From Candidatus Hydrogenedentota bacterium (GTDB lineage Bacteria; Hydrogenedentota; Hydrogenedentia; Hydrogenedentales; SLHB01): a stretch of 21,664 bases of DNA. This document shows, piece after piece, positions 1 through 9,340 of the stretch. Every line of letters begins with the position of its first letter. Position 1 is the stretch's first letter. The notes beneath the pieces were generated by a model. That model was not told the DNA's origin, searched no databases, and saw nothing but the letters and a program-made list of their open reading frames with translations. A program made the translations under genes and the position numbers. The stretch covers positions 1-21,664 of the forward strand of contig JARKSN010000060.1 in the NCBI GenBank assembly GCA_029974275.1, read 5' to 3'.

Positions 1-746
1 ACTCCCGGACGTTGCCGCACATCCAGAACGAGCAAGACCGTGCGTGTCGTCTCATGCTCCAATTCCTAGACGAGCGGCCTCCCAAAACGAGCGCTCACTC
101 TCCATGCCACGCGCCGCAAATCAACGCCCGGAACATATTCCCGAAGACTGAAAAACTCATCGCCCTGTCCCCGCAAAGAACGCGTGGCGGACCCTCCATG
201 CGCCGATCGGTCGAGGGGAAAAGCGCGCAAATCCATGACGCGGGGATACTCCATCACCTCGACGCGATCGCGATGCCGTTTCCGGCGCTCGAACAGCCCA
301 AACGGAAAAGCCGTCACGATGTCGATGGGGGGAAGGCGATGCAAACCGCGCCGGGGAATGCGCTCGGAAAGGGTCAACGTAACGGCACGGCGCGGCGATA
401 TCGCCAAGACCAAGCCGACCGACGCGGGATCGACGCCCGTTCGTTCCAGGCGTATGGAGAAAGAGGGCAGGAATTTTTTCGTGTTCACGATAGTCGCGTG
501 GACCCCGAAAGGTTCGTCGCGATGAACGCCGTCGGGGACTTCCCGTTTCAGGGTCACACCCCTCAGCGACCCGCCCACAATCACCAGCGACACCGCCAAA
601 AACGCAGCCAGCGCGCTGGCGATAAGGTAATATAAATTGGATCCCGTGTTCCACGCAGCAAGCAGGATCAGCGCATCCATGACCAGGAACGCCGCCCCGG
701 AGCGACGAAGCTTCCAAGGCAGATAAAGGCCCGAAAACGCTTTCAT
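1..746 (-). pseudogene. DUF58-domain protein (MoxR partner), interrupted by an in-frame TAG at 66-68; the frame continues off the left edge. Could be a pseudogene or a sequence error
   Basis: Two N-terminal TM helices (AAWNTGSNLYYL), TAFPFGLF, and the DUF58 core GDEFFSLREYVPGVDLRRVAWRVSAR. After the TAG the same frame reads ELEHETTRTVLLVLDVRQRPG, the expected DUF58 continuation. ATG at 746 has GAGG upstream, overlapping the MoxR stop. Confidence 0.75.
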
Positions 747-755
747 AGGCACGCC

Positions 756-1733
756 TCAAACCGGCACGGGAAGCTGATGTACAACATCGAGAATCGTTCG
801 CGAACGCTCGCGCGCCGAGGATGCGGGATCGCCGCTTCTCGCCTTGGCGAGGATGCGGTGCGACAACACGGGAACAGCCATCTGCCTCACATCGTCTGGC
901 GTTACGTAATCGCGGCCTTCGACAAGGGCGCGCGCTTGACACGCTTCGAAAAGAGACACCGACGCGCGCGGACTTGCGCCCAGCAAAACGTGCTCATGGC
1001 GACGGGTGGCTCGCACAATGTCAAGCATGTATTCCGCCAGGCTGTCATCCACATGCACAAGCCCCACTTGGTCTTGCAGATAAAATACATCCTCGACGGA
1101 GAGAACCGGCTTCAACTGTTGCATGGCCTGACGCGGGTCCCGCCGACGCATAATCAACAATTCATCCTCCGCGCCCGGATAGCCGATATCGATGCGGATC
1201 ATGAATCGGTCGAGCTGCGATTCGGGAAGCGAATAGGTGCCTTCATATTCGATGGGATTCTGCGTCGCGATCACAAGAAAGGGACGCGGCAACTCATGCG
1301 TCGCGCCATCGATGGAAACCTGCGCCTCGCTCATGGCCTCGAGCAGCGCGCTCTGCGTCTTGGGCGGCGTACGGTTGATCTCATCGGCAAGCACAATGTT
1401 GGCAAACACCGGACCATGGCGAAACTCGAATTCCGCATGGCGCGGATTCAAGATCGACACGCCCAGGATATCGGACGGCAGCATGTCGCTGGTGAATTGG
1501 ATGCGACTGAACGTGCAATCGATGGAACGCGCCAACCCCTGTGCAAGGGTGGTTTTCCCCATCCCCGGAACATCCTCAATCAAGATATGGCCGCGCGCCA
1601 AAAGCCCCGTCACGCACAACTTCACCGTTTCGCGCTTGCCCAAAATCACGTTCCCAATATTGTCAACCAAACGCGCCACTTTCTCAGGCGTAGCGGCTTG
1701 CACAAACTTCGTCGTCACTTCCATCTCGGCCAT
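756..1733 (-). CDS. MoxR-family AAA+ ATPase
   Basis: Walker A EDVPGMGKTT, RIQFTSDMLPSDI, Walker B LADEINR, ATQNPIEYEGTYSLPESQLDRF, GASPRAS, and GRDYVTPDDV...VLSHR. Start placed at ATG 1733 after GGAGAG. Confidence 0.95.
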   Translation of the reverse strand: MAEMEVTTKFVQAATPEKVARLVDNIGNVILGKRETVKLCVTGLLARGHILIEDVPGMGKTTLAQGLARSIDCTFSRIQFTSDMLPSDILGVSILNPRHAEFEFRHGPVFANIVLADEINRTPPKTQSALLEAMSEAQVSIDGATHELPRPFLVIATQNPIEYEGTYSLPESQLDRFMIRIDIGYPGAEDELLIMRRRDPRQAMQQLKPVLSVEDVFYLQDQVGLVHVDDSLAEYMLDIVRATRRHEHVLLGASPRASVSLFEACQARALVEGRDYVTPDDVRQMAVPVLSHRILAKARSGDPASSARERSRTILDVVHQLPVPV

Positions 1734-1864
1734 GGCGCTCTCCATCCAGGTTGGCTGCATTCTTGAAGGGAGAAACACAGACGCTGCCGTCCACATTTCA
1801 TCCGAATAGGGATTTGCCGCTTTCCATCCAGAAAAAACGTCGCAACTCTAATTTTGAAAAAGAG

Positions 1865-4183
1865 TTAGGATTCGTCGGACCACTGCACGCGCAGAAGCCG
1901 CCTGTCACGAATATCCAGCACGCTAAAATGCAACATGCCCAGGGCCACCAGAAGGCATGCCGCCGCTGAAATCTGCTTGCCCAGACGATACGACTGAGGC
2001 ACATACGAGAACAAAATCTCATGGGGGCCTTTTTCCAGGGAAACTCCCCGAAACGCGCCATCCACCGGCAAAACGGCCGTCTTGACGCCATCCACCGTAA
2101 CCTGCCAGCCCGGATACCAGGCATCGGTCAGCACGAGCACCCCAGGCCGCGTGTCGGTGACGCGCACGAGAACCTCCGTGTTGGTCGAACTCGGATCGAT
2201 TTGCGCTTGCGCTTCAGGTCCAGCGCCGGAGGTGGGGGGGGCGGACAATTCAATCAAGGGGGGATCGGTCGGACTCAGTAGAGCCGGATCGAACCTGTTG
2301 GAGTCGCGTCCCTCGTAGGCCATCCATGCCCGAGGCCGAGCGCCGAGGTCGTCGAACAGCAACGTCCCGGAGGAAAAAACGTGCTTCACCTGCAACAAAG
2401 GCCGCACCGAAGCAAACGGCCCCAGAACATCCTGTTTGGTCAAGAGCAAGGCCGGCGCCCCCATCCGGCGCACGAGCAGCGGTTTTTCGGATAACTGCTG
2501 CACGAACTGCGCATGCCGCTTCAAGGTAACCCCGGAGGCGCCATACGCCTGAGGCACAAGATTGCCCGCCAAAGGCCACCCCATCAACGCGCCGCTCCCG
2601 CCCACGCGCACGCCCGCACTCTTCAGCGCCCGAATAAAAGGGGTCTCGGGAAAAACGCGGTCTCGCGGCGTAAACACGAGCGCGCCGTGAAAAGCGGCAT
2701 AGAGCTCGCAAAAGCCCACGCACGCCAATGAATACCCCAAAAAACGGCCCCACGGCTTGAAAATCGTGAACCCTAACAGCCCCAGCGTAATTGCGCATAC
2801 GATCCCGAACCAGACAATCTGCTGCGGGAACCTCGGGGCATGGGGGCGCTCGCCAGAAAGGTGAATCGCCCAAAGGATAAGAGCCGCCCCCAACAGCGCC
2901 GGCAGCATGAAGAAGAAACGCCTCACCGCTTCGTGACACTGGTCCGGATCGAGTTCAAGCCACTCTTCCGCCGCCGAGAAAGCCAGCAACGCCAGTGCAA
3001 AAGCGTTCGCCGCGAGCAGATGTTCCGGGCCCAACAGGTTCAAATAGGGGATGCGCGCCAACCCGTTTCCCGCGAATAGCGCAACGAAAAAACACACGCC
3101 AGCGGCCGCCAACAACGACTCGACTCGCTGACGTTGCAACGGGTCTACATGCCGCCGCAGCGCGAACCACAGAGGAAGCAGCAAGATCTGTACAAGCCCG
3201 ACGTGGAGCAATCCTACGACCCGGAAATCGCGCGGCACCCCCCCCTCAAGCGTCACGGATGGCGGCTGGCCCAAAAAATGCGGCAAAAATGACAGGACGA
3301 GATGGCCCACTCGCAATCCAGAACCCGGATCGGAAACGCCGCGCGTCGCAGCCAACGATACAAACTCGGCATAAGGAAGCACCTGGACCGCCGTAAGACA
3401 TAGGGCGACGCCCATACTCGCCGCAAGCGTCAACATCCCCACGAAAGCCGCGCGAAAACCGCTTCGTTCCGCGAAACACCGCACGCAAAAATACACCGCA
3501 ACAAAGAAGAACGCCCCCGCCACCGTCTCCGGGTCGCCCCCAAGCAACATCAACGCCGCCACCGTCGCCCCGAAAGGCCAATAGCGAACCCGGCGCAGCG
3601 CAAGGTGTTCCACAAAAAGGACCAACAGCGGAACCCACGGCACGACATCGGAAATCGGCCACCCCGTCCATAGCATCATATGGCCGCATGCCTGAAAAGC
3701 GAGCGCGGCCCCCAGAGCGAACGGCGGCCTGTAGCCGAGCCTCCGGGCCACGTAGAACGCGCAAAGCCCCGTCACAAGAAACTTCAAAAACACCGACAGT
3801 TGAAGAGCGCGCTGTACGGGGAAAAAATAGAAAGGGGCCGTAAACGGCGAAAACACACGCGTGCGCCACACGGCCAAAAATGGAAATCCGCCATTCTCCA
3901 ACGGATTCCAAAGGAGAGAATCATCACGCGAAGAAGAATCGGAGATAAATGCATACCACGGGTAAAAGCGCGCCGCTTGTTCCCGCGCCAAGGGATCGGC
4001 CGAAACGGCGATCCCCTCGGGACACGCCTCTTCCCAAGGCGCTTGAAAAAGAATCTGGTCGGTGGCGATCGGAAGTCCGCCGCTCACGATCGCGGGATGC
4101 AGGATAAGGGCGGCGCCGCCAATGATCAGCAGCAAGCAGACGCCGTGCTCGATGGCACTGCCCATTCCCTTATTCATCCGCAC
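1865..4183 (-). CDS. YfhO-family polytopic membrane protein (putative GT-C glycosyltransferase)
   Basis: About 12-14 hydrophobic segments, N-terminal FYPW...LWNPLENGGFPFLA, and C-terminal GVLVLTDAWYPGWQVTVDG...DGAFRGVSLEKGPHEILFSYVP typical of YfhO proteins. AAGGAG precedes the GTG start; ATG 4177 is an alternative. Confidence 0.8.
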   Translation of the reverse strand: MRMNKGMGSAIEHGVCLLLIIGGAALILHPAIVSGGLPIATDQILFQAPWEEACPEGIAVSADPLAREQAARFYPWYAFISDSSSRDDSLLWNPLENGGFPFLAVWRTRVFSPFTAPFYFFPVQRALQLSVFLKFLVTGLCAFYVARRLGYRPPFALGAALAFQACGHMMLWTGWPISDVVPWVPLLVLFVEHLALRRVRYWPFGATVAALMLLGGDPETVAGAFFFVAVYFCVRCFAERSGFRAAFVGMLTLAASMGVALCLTAVQVLPYAEFVSLAATRGVSDPGSGLRVGHLVLSFLPHFLGQPPSVTLEGGVPRDFRVVGLLHVGLVQILLLPLWFALRRHVDPLQRQRVESLLAAAGVCFFVALFAGNGLARIPYLNLLGPEHLLAANAFALALLAFSAAEEWLELDPDQCHEAVRRFFFMLPALLGAALILWAIHLSGERPHAPRFPQQIVWFGIVCAITLGLLGFTIFKPWGRFLGYSLACVGFCELYAAFHGALVFTPRDRVFPETPFIRALKSAGVRVGGSGALMGWPLAGNLVPQAYGASGVTLKRHAQFVQQLSEKPLLVRRMGAPALLLTKQDVLGPFASVRPLLQVKHVFSSGTLLFDDLGARPRAWMAYEGRDSNRFDPALLSPTDPPLIELSAPPTSGAGPEAQAQIDPSSTNTEVLVRVTDTRPGVLVLTDAWYPGWQVTVDGVKTAVLPVDGAFRGVSLEKGPHEILFSYVPQSYRLGKQISAAACLLVALGMLHFSVLDIRDRRLLRVQWSDES

Positions 4184-4247
4184 CGCTGCTCCTTGTTGAT
4201 GGTGTCATGGTCGCCAACCAGCGCCGGGAAGAGGAGATCCACACGCT

Positions 4248-5228
4248 TTAGTTGGCGTATTTCGCCAACTCCGCTTCGAGGATGGGCTTGTATTCGTTGT
4301 ATTGGTCGTCCGTCAATGGGGCAGCGCTCTTCCAATAGGGATTGTCCGTCACAGGCCGCGTATACGAACTCATCGGGTAACCCTTCTCGTTGAGATACCG
4401 TTTGAAGAACTCGACCCCGTTCGTGGCCTTTTCGATGAGCAGATTCGACGATCGCTGCGCTTCCATGGATCCCGCATAATCGCCCCGGTCGAATCGCTCC
4501 TGGAGCGTCTTCAATATTCTCGGAGATACGCATGAACCTTGGCCAATAACCGCCTTTGCTCCGCAGCAAAGCGCCGGATAAAAAACCGTCTCCGCCCCGG
4601 AAATCGAAACAAACTCCTTGTCCTGGATGGCCCACGTCACGTTGAAGAAGTATTCCGCATCGGTGGTCGAGAGTTTCAATCCTTTTACGCGGGGAACGTC
4701 CGCCAAACGACGCACCAAGTCGGGCGTTACGCGGAAACGCTGTTCCGTGCCGGGCGGCTGGTAGAGATAAATAGGCAGTTTCGTGGCGTTGCTGATGCGT
4801 TCGAAATACTCGAGCGAGACATCCCCGGGGGTCTGGCCTTCGCGCGGCAGAATGGCTTCGGGCATTGTGTGCACCACAGCCGACGCCCCTTCGTCTTCGG
4901 CGAGTTTGCTGAATGCGACGGCCTGCCGCGTATAGACCTCGGGATCGGGGCGTCGATCCCAATTGCGGTTCCAAATGCCCGCCGCCCCGATGTAAACCGG
5001 CGCTTTGCCGGCCAAATGTGCGCAGGCGTTTTTGGTGATCTGCACAACATCCTCATAGCTGAACGTGTACATCTGACCCAGTCCGGATCGAAGAAAGTAC
5101 GCCGTGATGCTCTTGGTCTCCATCAGCGCGTCGAGCAAATGACATTGCCCCTTGTCGTCAAGCGCGCCGTCGTCGTGAAACACCGTGAATACCGGGGCGA
5201 TTACCCCATGGGCCAATCCGTTCATCAT
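4248..5228 (-). CDS. DHDPS / N-acetylneuraminate lyase family class I aldolase, substrate unknown
   Basis: GVIAPVFTVFHDDGALD N-terminus, catalytic Tyr in LPIYLYQPP, Schiff-base Lys in VKGLKLS. The GxTGE loop is replaced by SGLGQ. Start set at ATG 5228 after AAGGA. Confidence 0.85.
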   Translation of the reverse strand: MMNGLAHGVIAPVFTVFHDDGALDDKGQCHLLDALMETKSITAYFLRSGLGQMYTFSYEDVVQITKNACAHLAGKAPVYIGAAGIWNRNWDRRPDPEVYTRQAVAFSKLAEDEGASAVVHTMPEAILPREGQTPGDVSLEYFERISNATKLPIYLYQPPGTEQRFRVTPDLVRRLADVPRVKGLKLSTTDAEYFFNVTWAIQDKEFVSISGAETVFYPALCCGAKAVIGQGSCVSPRILKTLQERFDRGDYAGSMEAQRSSNLLIEKATNGVEFFKRYLNEKGYPMSSYTRPVTDNPYWKSAAPLTDDQYNEYKPILEAELAKYAN

Positions 5229-5259
5229 GCAATACGTCCTTCTCTCTTCGGATAAACTG

Positions 5260-6069
5260 TCACTGTTCTCCAAACCCCAAGACACTGCGAACCGCCATCA
5301 CTTCGCGCAACATGGCGTCCACCTCATCCAGCGGCAGCATGTTCGGACCGTCCGACAATGCCTTTTCCGGCTCTGGATGCACCTCGCAAAACAGACCATC
5401 GATACCGTACGCCGCCGCCGCGCGCGCCAACGGTCGCACGAATTCGCGCCGTCCCGAAGACTTGCCCCCTTGCGAGGGTATCTGCACGCTGTGCGTCGCA
5501 TCGAATATCACCGGATAGCCCAGCGCCCGCATCGTCGAAAACGAACGAAAGTCGACGACCAGGTTATGGTAGCCGAAACACGATCCCCGCTCCGTAAACG
5601 CGATCTGGTTATTTCCCGTGACGCGCGCCTTTTCGGCAATATACTGCATGTCCTCGGGCGCCATGAACTGCGCCTTCTTGATATTCAACGGCTTTAACGT
5701 GCTCGCCGCCGCAACAACCAGATCGGTCTGACGACACAAGAACGCGGGAATCTGAAGCACGTCCACCACATCCGCCGCCTCGAACACTTGGTCCACGTCG
5801 TGCACATCGGTCAACACGCGCACGCCGACTTCCTCGCGCACCTTCGCGAGAATCCGCAGCCCCTCCTGAAGTCCCGGTCCGCGATAAGAGGTCGCCGACG
5901 TGCGATTGGCTTTGTCGAAGCTCGCTTTGAAGACGAAGTCCATCGGCATGTGCGCCGACATGATCTCCTTCAACCGCTGCGCGATCCGAAGCGTGAGCTC
6001 CTCGCTCTCGATCACGCACGGCCCTGCGATGAACAGGAAATCCGCCGTTGTGCAAAAAGCGTGCGTCAT
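5260..6069 (-). CDS. kdsA: 3-deoxy-D-manno-octulosonate 8-phosphate (KDO8P) synthase
   Basis: IAGPCVIES, FKASFDKANRTS, QIPAFLCRQTDL, NIKKAQF, ERGSCFGY, DATHSVQ, EVHPEP...SDG. ATG 6069 overlaps the kdsD TGA (ATGA). Confidence 0.96.
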   Translation of the reverse strand: MTHAFCTTADFLFIAGPCVIESEELTLRIAQRLKEIMSAHMPMDFVFKASFDKANRTSATSYRGPGLQEGLRILAKVREEVGVRVLTDVHDVDQVFEAADVVDVLQIPAFLCRQTDLVVAAASTLKPLNIKKAQFMAPEDMQYIAEKARVTGNNQIAFTERGSCFGYHNLVVDFRSFSTMRALGYPVIFDATHSVQIPSQGGKSSGRREFVRPLARAAAAYGIDGLFCEVHPEPEKALSDGPNMLPLDEVDAMLREVMAVRSVLGFGEQ

Positions 6070-7049
6070 GCGTCCACCGGTTTCCATAAGGCCAACCCGG
6101 CCTTCACCAAATCGTGCATATGAATCGCGCCCACGGGCTTGCCGGCTTCGTCGACAACCGGCAGCACCATGATCGCGTTGTCCTCCATCAGCCGCAACGC
6201 CTCGACCGCGCCCATGCCCGGCCCAATGGTCTTCGGCGTGCGCGTCATCACGTCGCAGGCCCTCTTCGTCAGCGGGTCCGACTCCCGTTCAAACAACCGC
6301 CGCAGATCGCCGTCCGACAAAATGCCGGCCAACCGCTCGTCTTCATCCACAAAAAACACCGCTCCGAGCCGTTTCGACGACATCGTCACGATGGCTTCAC
6401 GCACATTCACGCCGCGCGGCACGATCGGGACCCGATCGCCCGTAATCATGAGGTCCTGCACGCGCGACAACAGCGAAGCCCCCAAGCTGCCGCCAGGATG
6501 CACCCGCGCATACTGATCGCGCGTAAAACCTTTCAGAGTCATCAACGCTGCCGCGAGCGCATCGCCCATCGCAATCGCGGCGGTTGTGCTTGCGGTCGGG
6601 GCTATCCCCAACGGGTCAGCCTCGCGCTCCACGCCGACATCCACCACGACATCGCTCTGCCGCGCCAGCGTCGATCGCGCATTCCCGGTCAGGGCAACGA
6701 TCTTGACCTCCAACGCCTTGCAATACGGCAGCAGCGCCACGATTTCCTTCGTCTCCCCGCTGTTCGAAATGGCGATCACCACATCCGAGGCGGTGACCAT
6801 GCCCAAATCGCCATGCAGCCCCTCGGTCGGATGCATGAAGTGCGCGGGAGAACCGGTGCTCGACAGGGTTCCGGCGATTTTCCGTCCCACCAACCCTGCC
6901 TTACCCATCCCCGTTACGATGATGCGCCCCTTGCAGGCATACAACGTTTGGACGGCTTCTTCCGTCGCCTGGCCAACGCGCTCAATCAAGCGGTCCAGGG
7001 CGTTCCGCTCGATATTCAACGCCTCGCGGAGGGCGGCTTGCGTATCCAT
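6066..7049 (-). CDS. kdsD: D-arabinose 5-phosphate isomerase, KpsF/GutQ family (SIS domain plus CBS pair)
   Basis: TGMGKAG, HPTEGLHGDLG, SNSGET, APTASTT, HPGGSLG, and DGDLRR in the CBS region. It lies directly upstream of kdsA. True start is ATG 7049 rather than the ORF-track 7343. Confidence 0.93.
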   Translation of the reverse strand: MDTQAALREALNIERNALDRLIERVGQATEEAVQTLYACKGRIIVTGMGKAGLVGRKIAGTLSSTGSPAHFMHPTEGLHGDLGMVTASDVVIAISNSGETKEIVALLPYCKALEVKIVALTGNARSTLARQSDVVVDVGVEREADPLGIAPTASTTAAIAMGDALAAALMTLKGFTRDQYARVHPGGSLGASLLSRVQDLMITGDRVPIVPRGVNVREAIVTMSSKRLGAVFFVDEDERLAGILSDGDLRRLFERESDPLTKRACDVMTRTPKTIGPGMGAVEALRLMEDNAIMVLPVVDEAGKPVGAIHMHDLVKAGLALWKPVDA

Positions 7050-7101
7050 ACGGCATGATTCCCCGAAAACTCCCGCCCAACCCGAGCGGCAAAGACAGTG
7101 C

Positions 7102-7130
7102 ATTGTAATATTCCGCGCCGCCTCTAGCAA
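7102..7130 (-). promoter_or_regulatory. Putative sigma70-type promoter for kdsD-kdsA
   Basis: Minus strand reads TTGCTA-N17-TACAAT, with the -10 box ending about 52 nt upstream of the kdsD ATG. Confidence 0.65.
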
Positions 7131-7219
7131 GCGCGCCGACCCGAAGGGTGCAGGAATAGACAAGAGCCAAGACCCGCAAGCAATCCGCGTACGCGCCGTA
7201 TCGGGCGGGGACAAAGCGC

Positions 7220-8449
7220 TCACTCGGAGGCGTCGTCTCCCGCACCTCCGCTCCCGTAATGCTTCTGGGCGCATTCGGGACAAATGCCGTGGCTGAACTG
7301 GGCATACGAACGGTCTTGTATATAGGACTCGATCTGCTGCCAATAGCCCCGGTCATCGCGCACTTTTTTGCACCAGGCGCAAATGGGCAACAGGCCGCTG
7401 AGTTGGCGCACCTCGGCCAGGGCGTGATGGAGCTCCGCGTTTTTGGCCAGCAAATCGTCATGCTGCCGCACGATTTGCTCCTGTTGTTTCTGGGCGGTCT
7501 GCTGATACGAACCCACCGTGATCGTCGTCAATGCGATGGCAATCGCCGCGATCAAAACGCACAGCAACAGATTCGTCAGCAACGCGCCATGAATGCGGCT
7601 CACTTCCCGATCCTCTGTTTGCTCCACCATGAGATACCACTTCAATTCCGGAATGAAACGCGAGTTCAGGTGAACCGTCTTTCCGTCGCGATAATAGTTC
7701 CGAAAACTCGCTTCGCTCGACAGCACATCGACGAATTTCGCGGAAAGCCCTTCTATATCCTTGATGTTGTCCACTCCTTGGGGAAAATCACGGGAATGCA
7801 GCATGACCTTTCCGGCGCGGTCAACGAAGTAGATGCTGCGATCGTACTTCTGGCCATAGTGCTCGACCAGCGTCATCACCTCCCCGGTCGTCAATCCAAC
7901 CCCCGCCGCGCCTATATAATTGCCCGAATAATCAAAAACGCGGTGGTTGATGAAAATCGTCATGGCGTCCTTGTTCGCCAAATCCGGGTCCACATTGATC
8001 TCGTAATCCGGGGCCATTTCGCGCACCCGGAAATACCACCTGTCCCGATCGCTATGCTCCGACACCGTCTTCAAAATCCCGTCGGCGTAATAATAGTTCC
8101 GCGTCGCCTCCGAAACGAAAAAGGCGGTCACCGCGTCGTACTTTTCCTTGACCTCCTTCAGATACCTGGCGATCCGCTGCATGTCCTTCTCGCCCTCGAG
8201 CGCCCAATCGCGGAGAAACGTGTCGTTCGCCATCAGCGATGAGATGAAAATCGGCTTGAATAAATCGCGCTGAATCTCGGAGTAAACATTGTCGCTCGTG
8301 AGCGGAAGCGTCGTGACGTCAATCTGGGTGCGCACGGAAGACAACGCCACGAAATAACTTACGAGACTTGTGGCGAGAAATCCTGAAAACAACAGAACGC
8401 CAAGGGTGACCAGCAGGCGCGTCTTACGGCTCATTTTCTTCATATCCAT
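7220..8449 (-). CDS. Membrane sensor: TM, Cache-type extracytoplasmic domain, TM, short coiled coil, then a C-terminal CxxC...HxxCxxC domain
   Basis: TM helices flank [16 protein letters not shown]...DRWYF...INVDPD...IFINHRV...GAAGVG (Cache-like). C-terminus [24 protein letters not shown]...FSHGICPEC. No HisKA, GGDEF or EAL motif is visible. Confidence 0.8.
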   Translation of the reverse strand: MDMKKMSRKTRLLVTLGVLLFSGFLATSLVSYFVALSSVRTQIDVTTLPLTSDNVYSEIQRDLFKPIFISSLMANDTFLRDWALEGEKDMQRIARYLKEVKEKYDAVTAFFVSEATRNYYYADGILKTVSEHSDRDRWYFRVREMAPDYEINVDPDLANKDAMTIFINHRVFDYSGNYIGAAGVGLTTGEVMTLVEHYGQKYDRSIYFVDRAGKVMLHSRDFPQGVDNIKDIEGLSAKFVDVLSSEASFRNYYRDGKTVHLNSRFIPELKWYLMVEQTEDREVSRIHGALLTNLLLCVLIAAIAIALTTITVGSYQQTAQKQQEQIVRQHDDLLAKNAELHHALAEVRQLSGLLPICAWCKKVRDDRGYWQQIESYIQDRSYAQFSHGICPECAQKHYGSGGAGDDASE

Positions 8450-8458
8450 ATAGCGCCC

Positions 8459-8500
8459 AGTCTATCTTTTCTTCCATTTCGAACACAACTCGGCTAAGCT
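8459..8500. promoter_or_regulatory. Candidate overlapping divergent sigma70 promoters between the sensor gene and the HAD gene
   Basis: Minus strand: TTGTGT-N18-TAGACT (8488-8459). Plus strand: TTCCAT-N17-TAAGCT (8472-8500). Confidence 0.35.
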
Positions 8501-8556
8501 TGACGCCGCCTGCGACCGCAGAGATGGCGCAGCCAAACAGGCATGCGAGGAAAACG

Positions 8557-9321
8557 ATGAACGGCGAAAAAATCTATCTGATCGACATGGATGGCGTGTT
8601 GGTGAGCGGCAACCGTCAGATTCCCGGCGCGGCGGAATTCATCGCGCGGCTGCGCGCACGTAACCGGAAATTTCTGGTGCTTACGAACAACCCCATCTAC
8701 ACCCCAGGCGATCTTGCCCACCGTCTCGGAACGATCGGCCTCGACATTTCCCCGGACCACATCTTCACCTCGGCCATGGCGACGGCGCATTTTCTGCATT
8801 CCCAAAAACCGTCCGGCACGGCGTTCGTCATCGGCGAGAGCGGATTGACCGAGGCCATCCACGAGGCGGGCTACGTCATCACCGATCGCAATCCGGATTA
8901 CGTCGTGCTGGGCGAAACCCACACCTACAACATCGACCTATTGACGAAAGCGATCCGCTTCGTGTCGGCGGGCGCGCATTTCATCGCTACGAACCCCGAC
9001 CCCTCCGGACCGAGCGAAAACGGCATCGTCCCCGCGTGCGGCGCCATGGCGGCCCTCATCGAAGCGGCCAGCGGCATGCACCCGTTTTTTGTGGGCAAGC
9101 CCAACCCCTTGATGATGCGAACGGCGCTCAGCCACATCGGCGCCCATTCCGAAACGGCGACCATGATCGGCGATCGCATGGATACCGACATCATCGCGGG
9201 AGTCGAAAGCGGCCTCGAAACCATCTTGGTGCTAAGCGGCGTCACCCTGCGCGAGGACGTCCGCCGGTTTCCGTACCAACCCACCCGCATCGCGGAATCG
9301 GTTGCCGAGATCGAGCCGTAG
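8557..9321 (+). CDS. nagD: HAD-IIA family phosphatase, NagD-like (UMP/ribonucleotide monophosphatase type)
   Basis: Motif [44 protein letters not shown] 8557 follows GAGGA. Confidence 0.88.
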   Translation: MNGEKIYLIDMDGVLVSGNRQIPGAAEFIARLRARNRKFLVLTNNPIYTPGDLAHRLGTIGLDISPDHIFTSAMATAHFLHSQKPSGTAFVIGESGLTEAIHEAGYVITDRNPDYVVLGETHTYNIDLLTKAIRFVSAGAHFIATNPDPSGPSENGIVPACGAMAALIEAASGMHPFFVGKPNPLMMRTALSHIGAHSETATMIGDRMDTDIIAGVESGLETILVLSGVTLREDVRRFPYQPTRIAESVAEIEP

Positions 9322-9340
9322 CGCTCGCGGAGGGACGGCA

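Noticed and set aside
66..68. Genome-wide TAG reassignment (alternative genetic code) as the explanation for the DUF58 internal stop
   Set aside because: TAG ends several genes here at their family-typical C-termini (nagD 9319-9321, permease GLKN* 12331-12333, fusion WVHYE* 13276-13278), so TAG is a normal stop.
1844..1866. Inverted repeat AACTCT-N11-AGAGTT at the YfhO-like stop as a terminator
   Set aside because: Weak AT-rich stem with a long loop and no adjacent U-tract.
4248..5228. Calling this gene dapA or nanA
   Set aside because: It lacks the GTTGE/GSTGE loop and other subfamily-specific residues. Only family-level assignment is supported.
7131..7219. Small hairpin ACCC-GAA-GGGT considered as part of a riboswitch or terminator
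   Set aside because: Only a 4-bp stem, no U-tract, no recognisable riboswitch consensus, and it lies upstream of the predicted promoter.
7050..7343. 98-aa N-terminal extension of KdsD in the ORF track
   Set aside because: It overlaps the sensor gene and a good promoter. Family similarity starts at ATG 7049.
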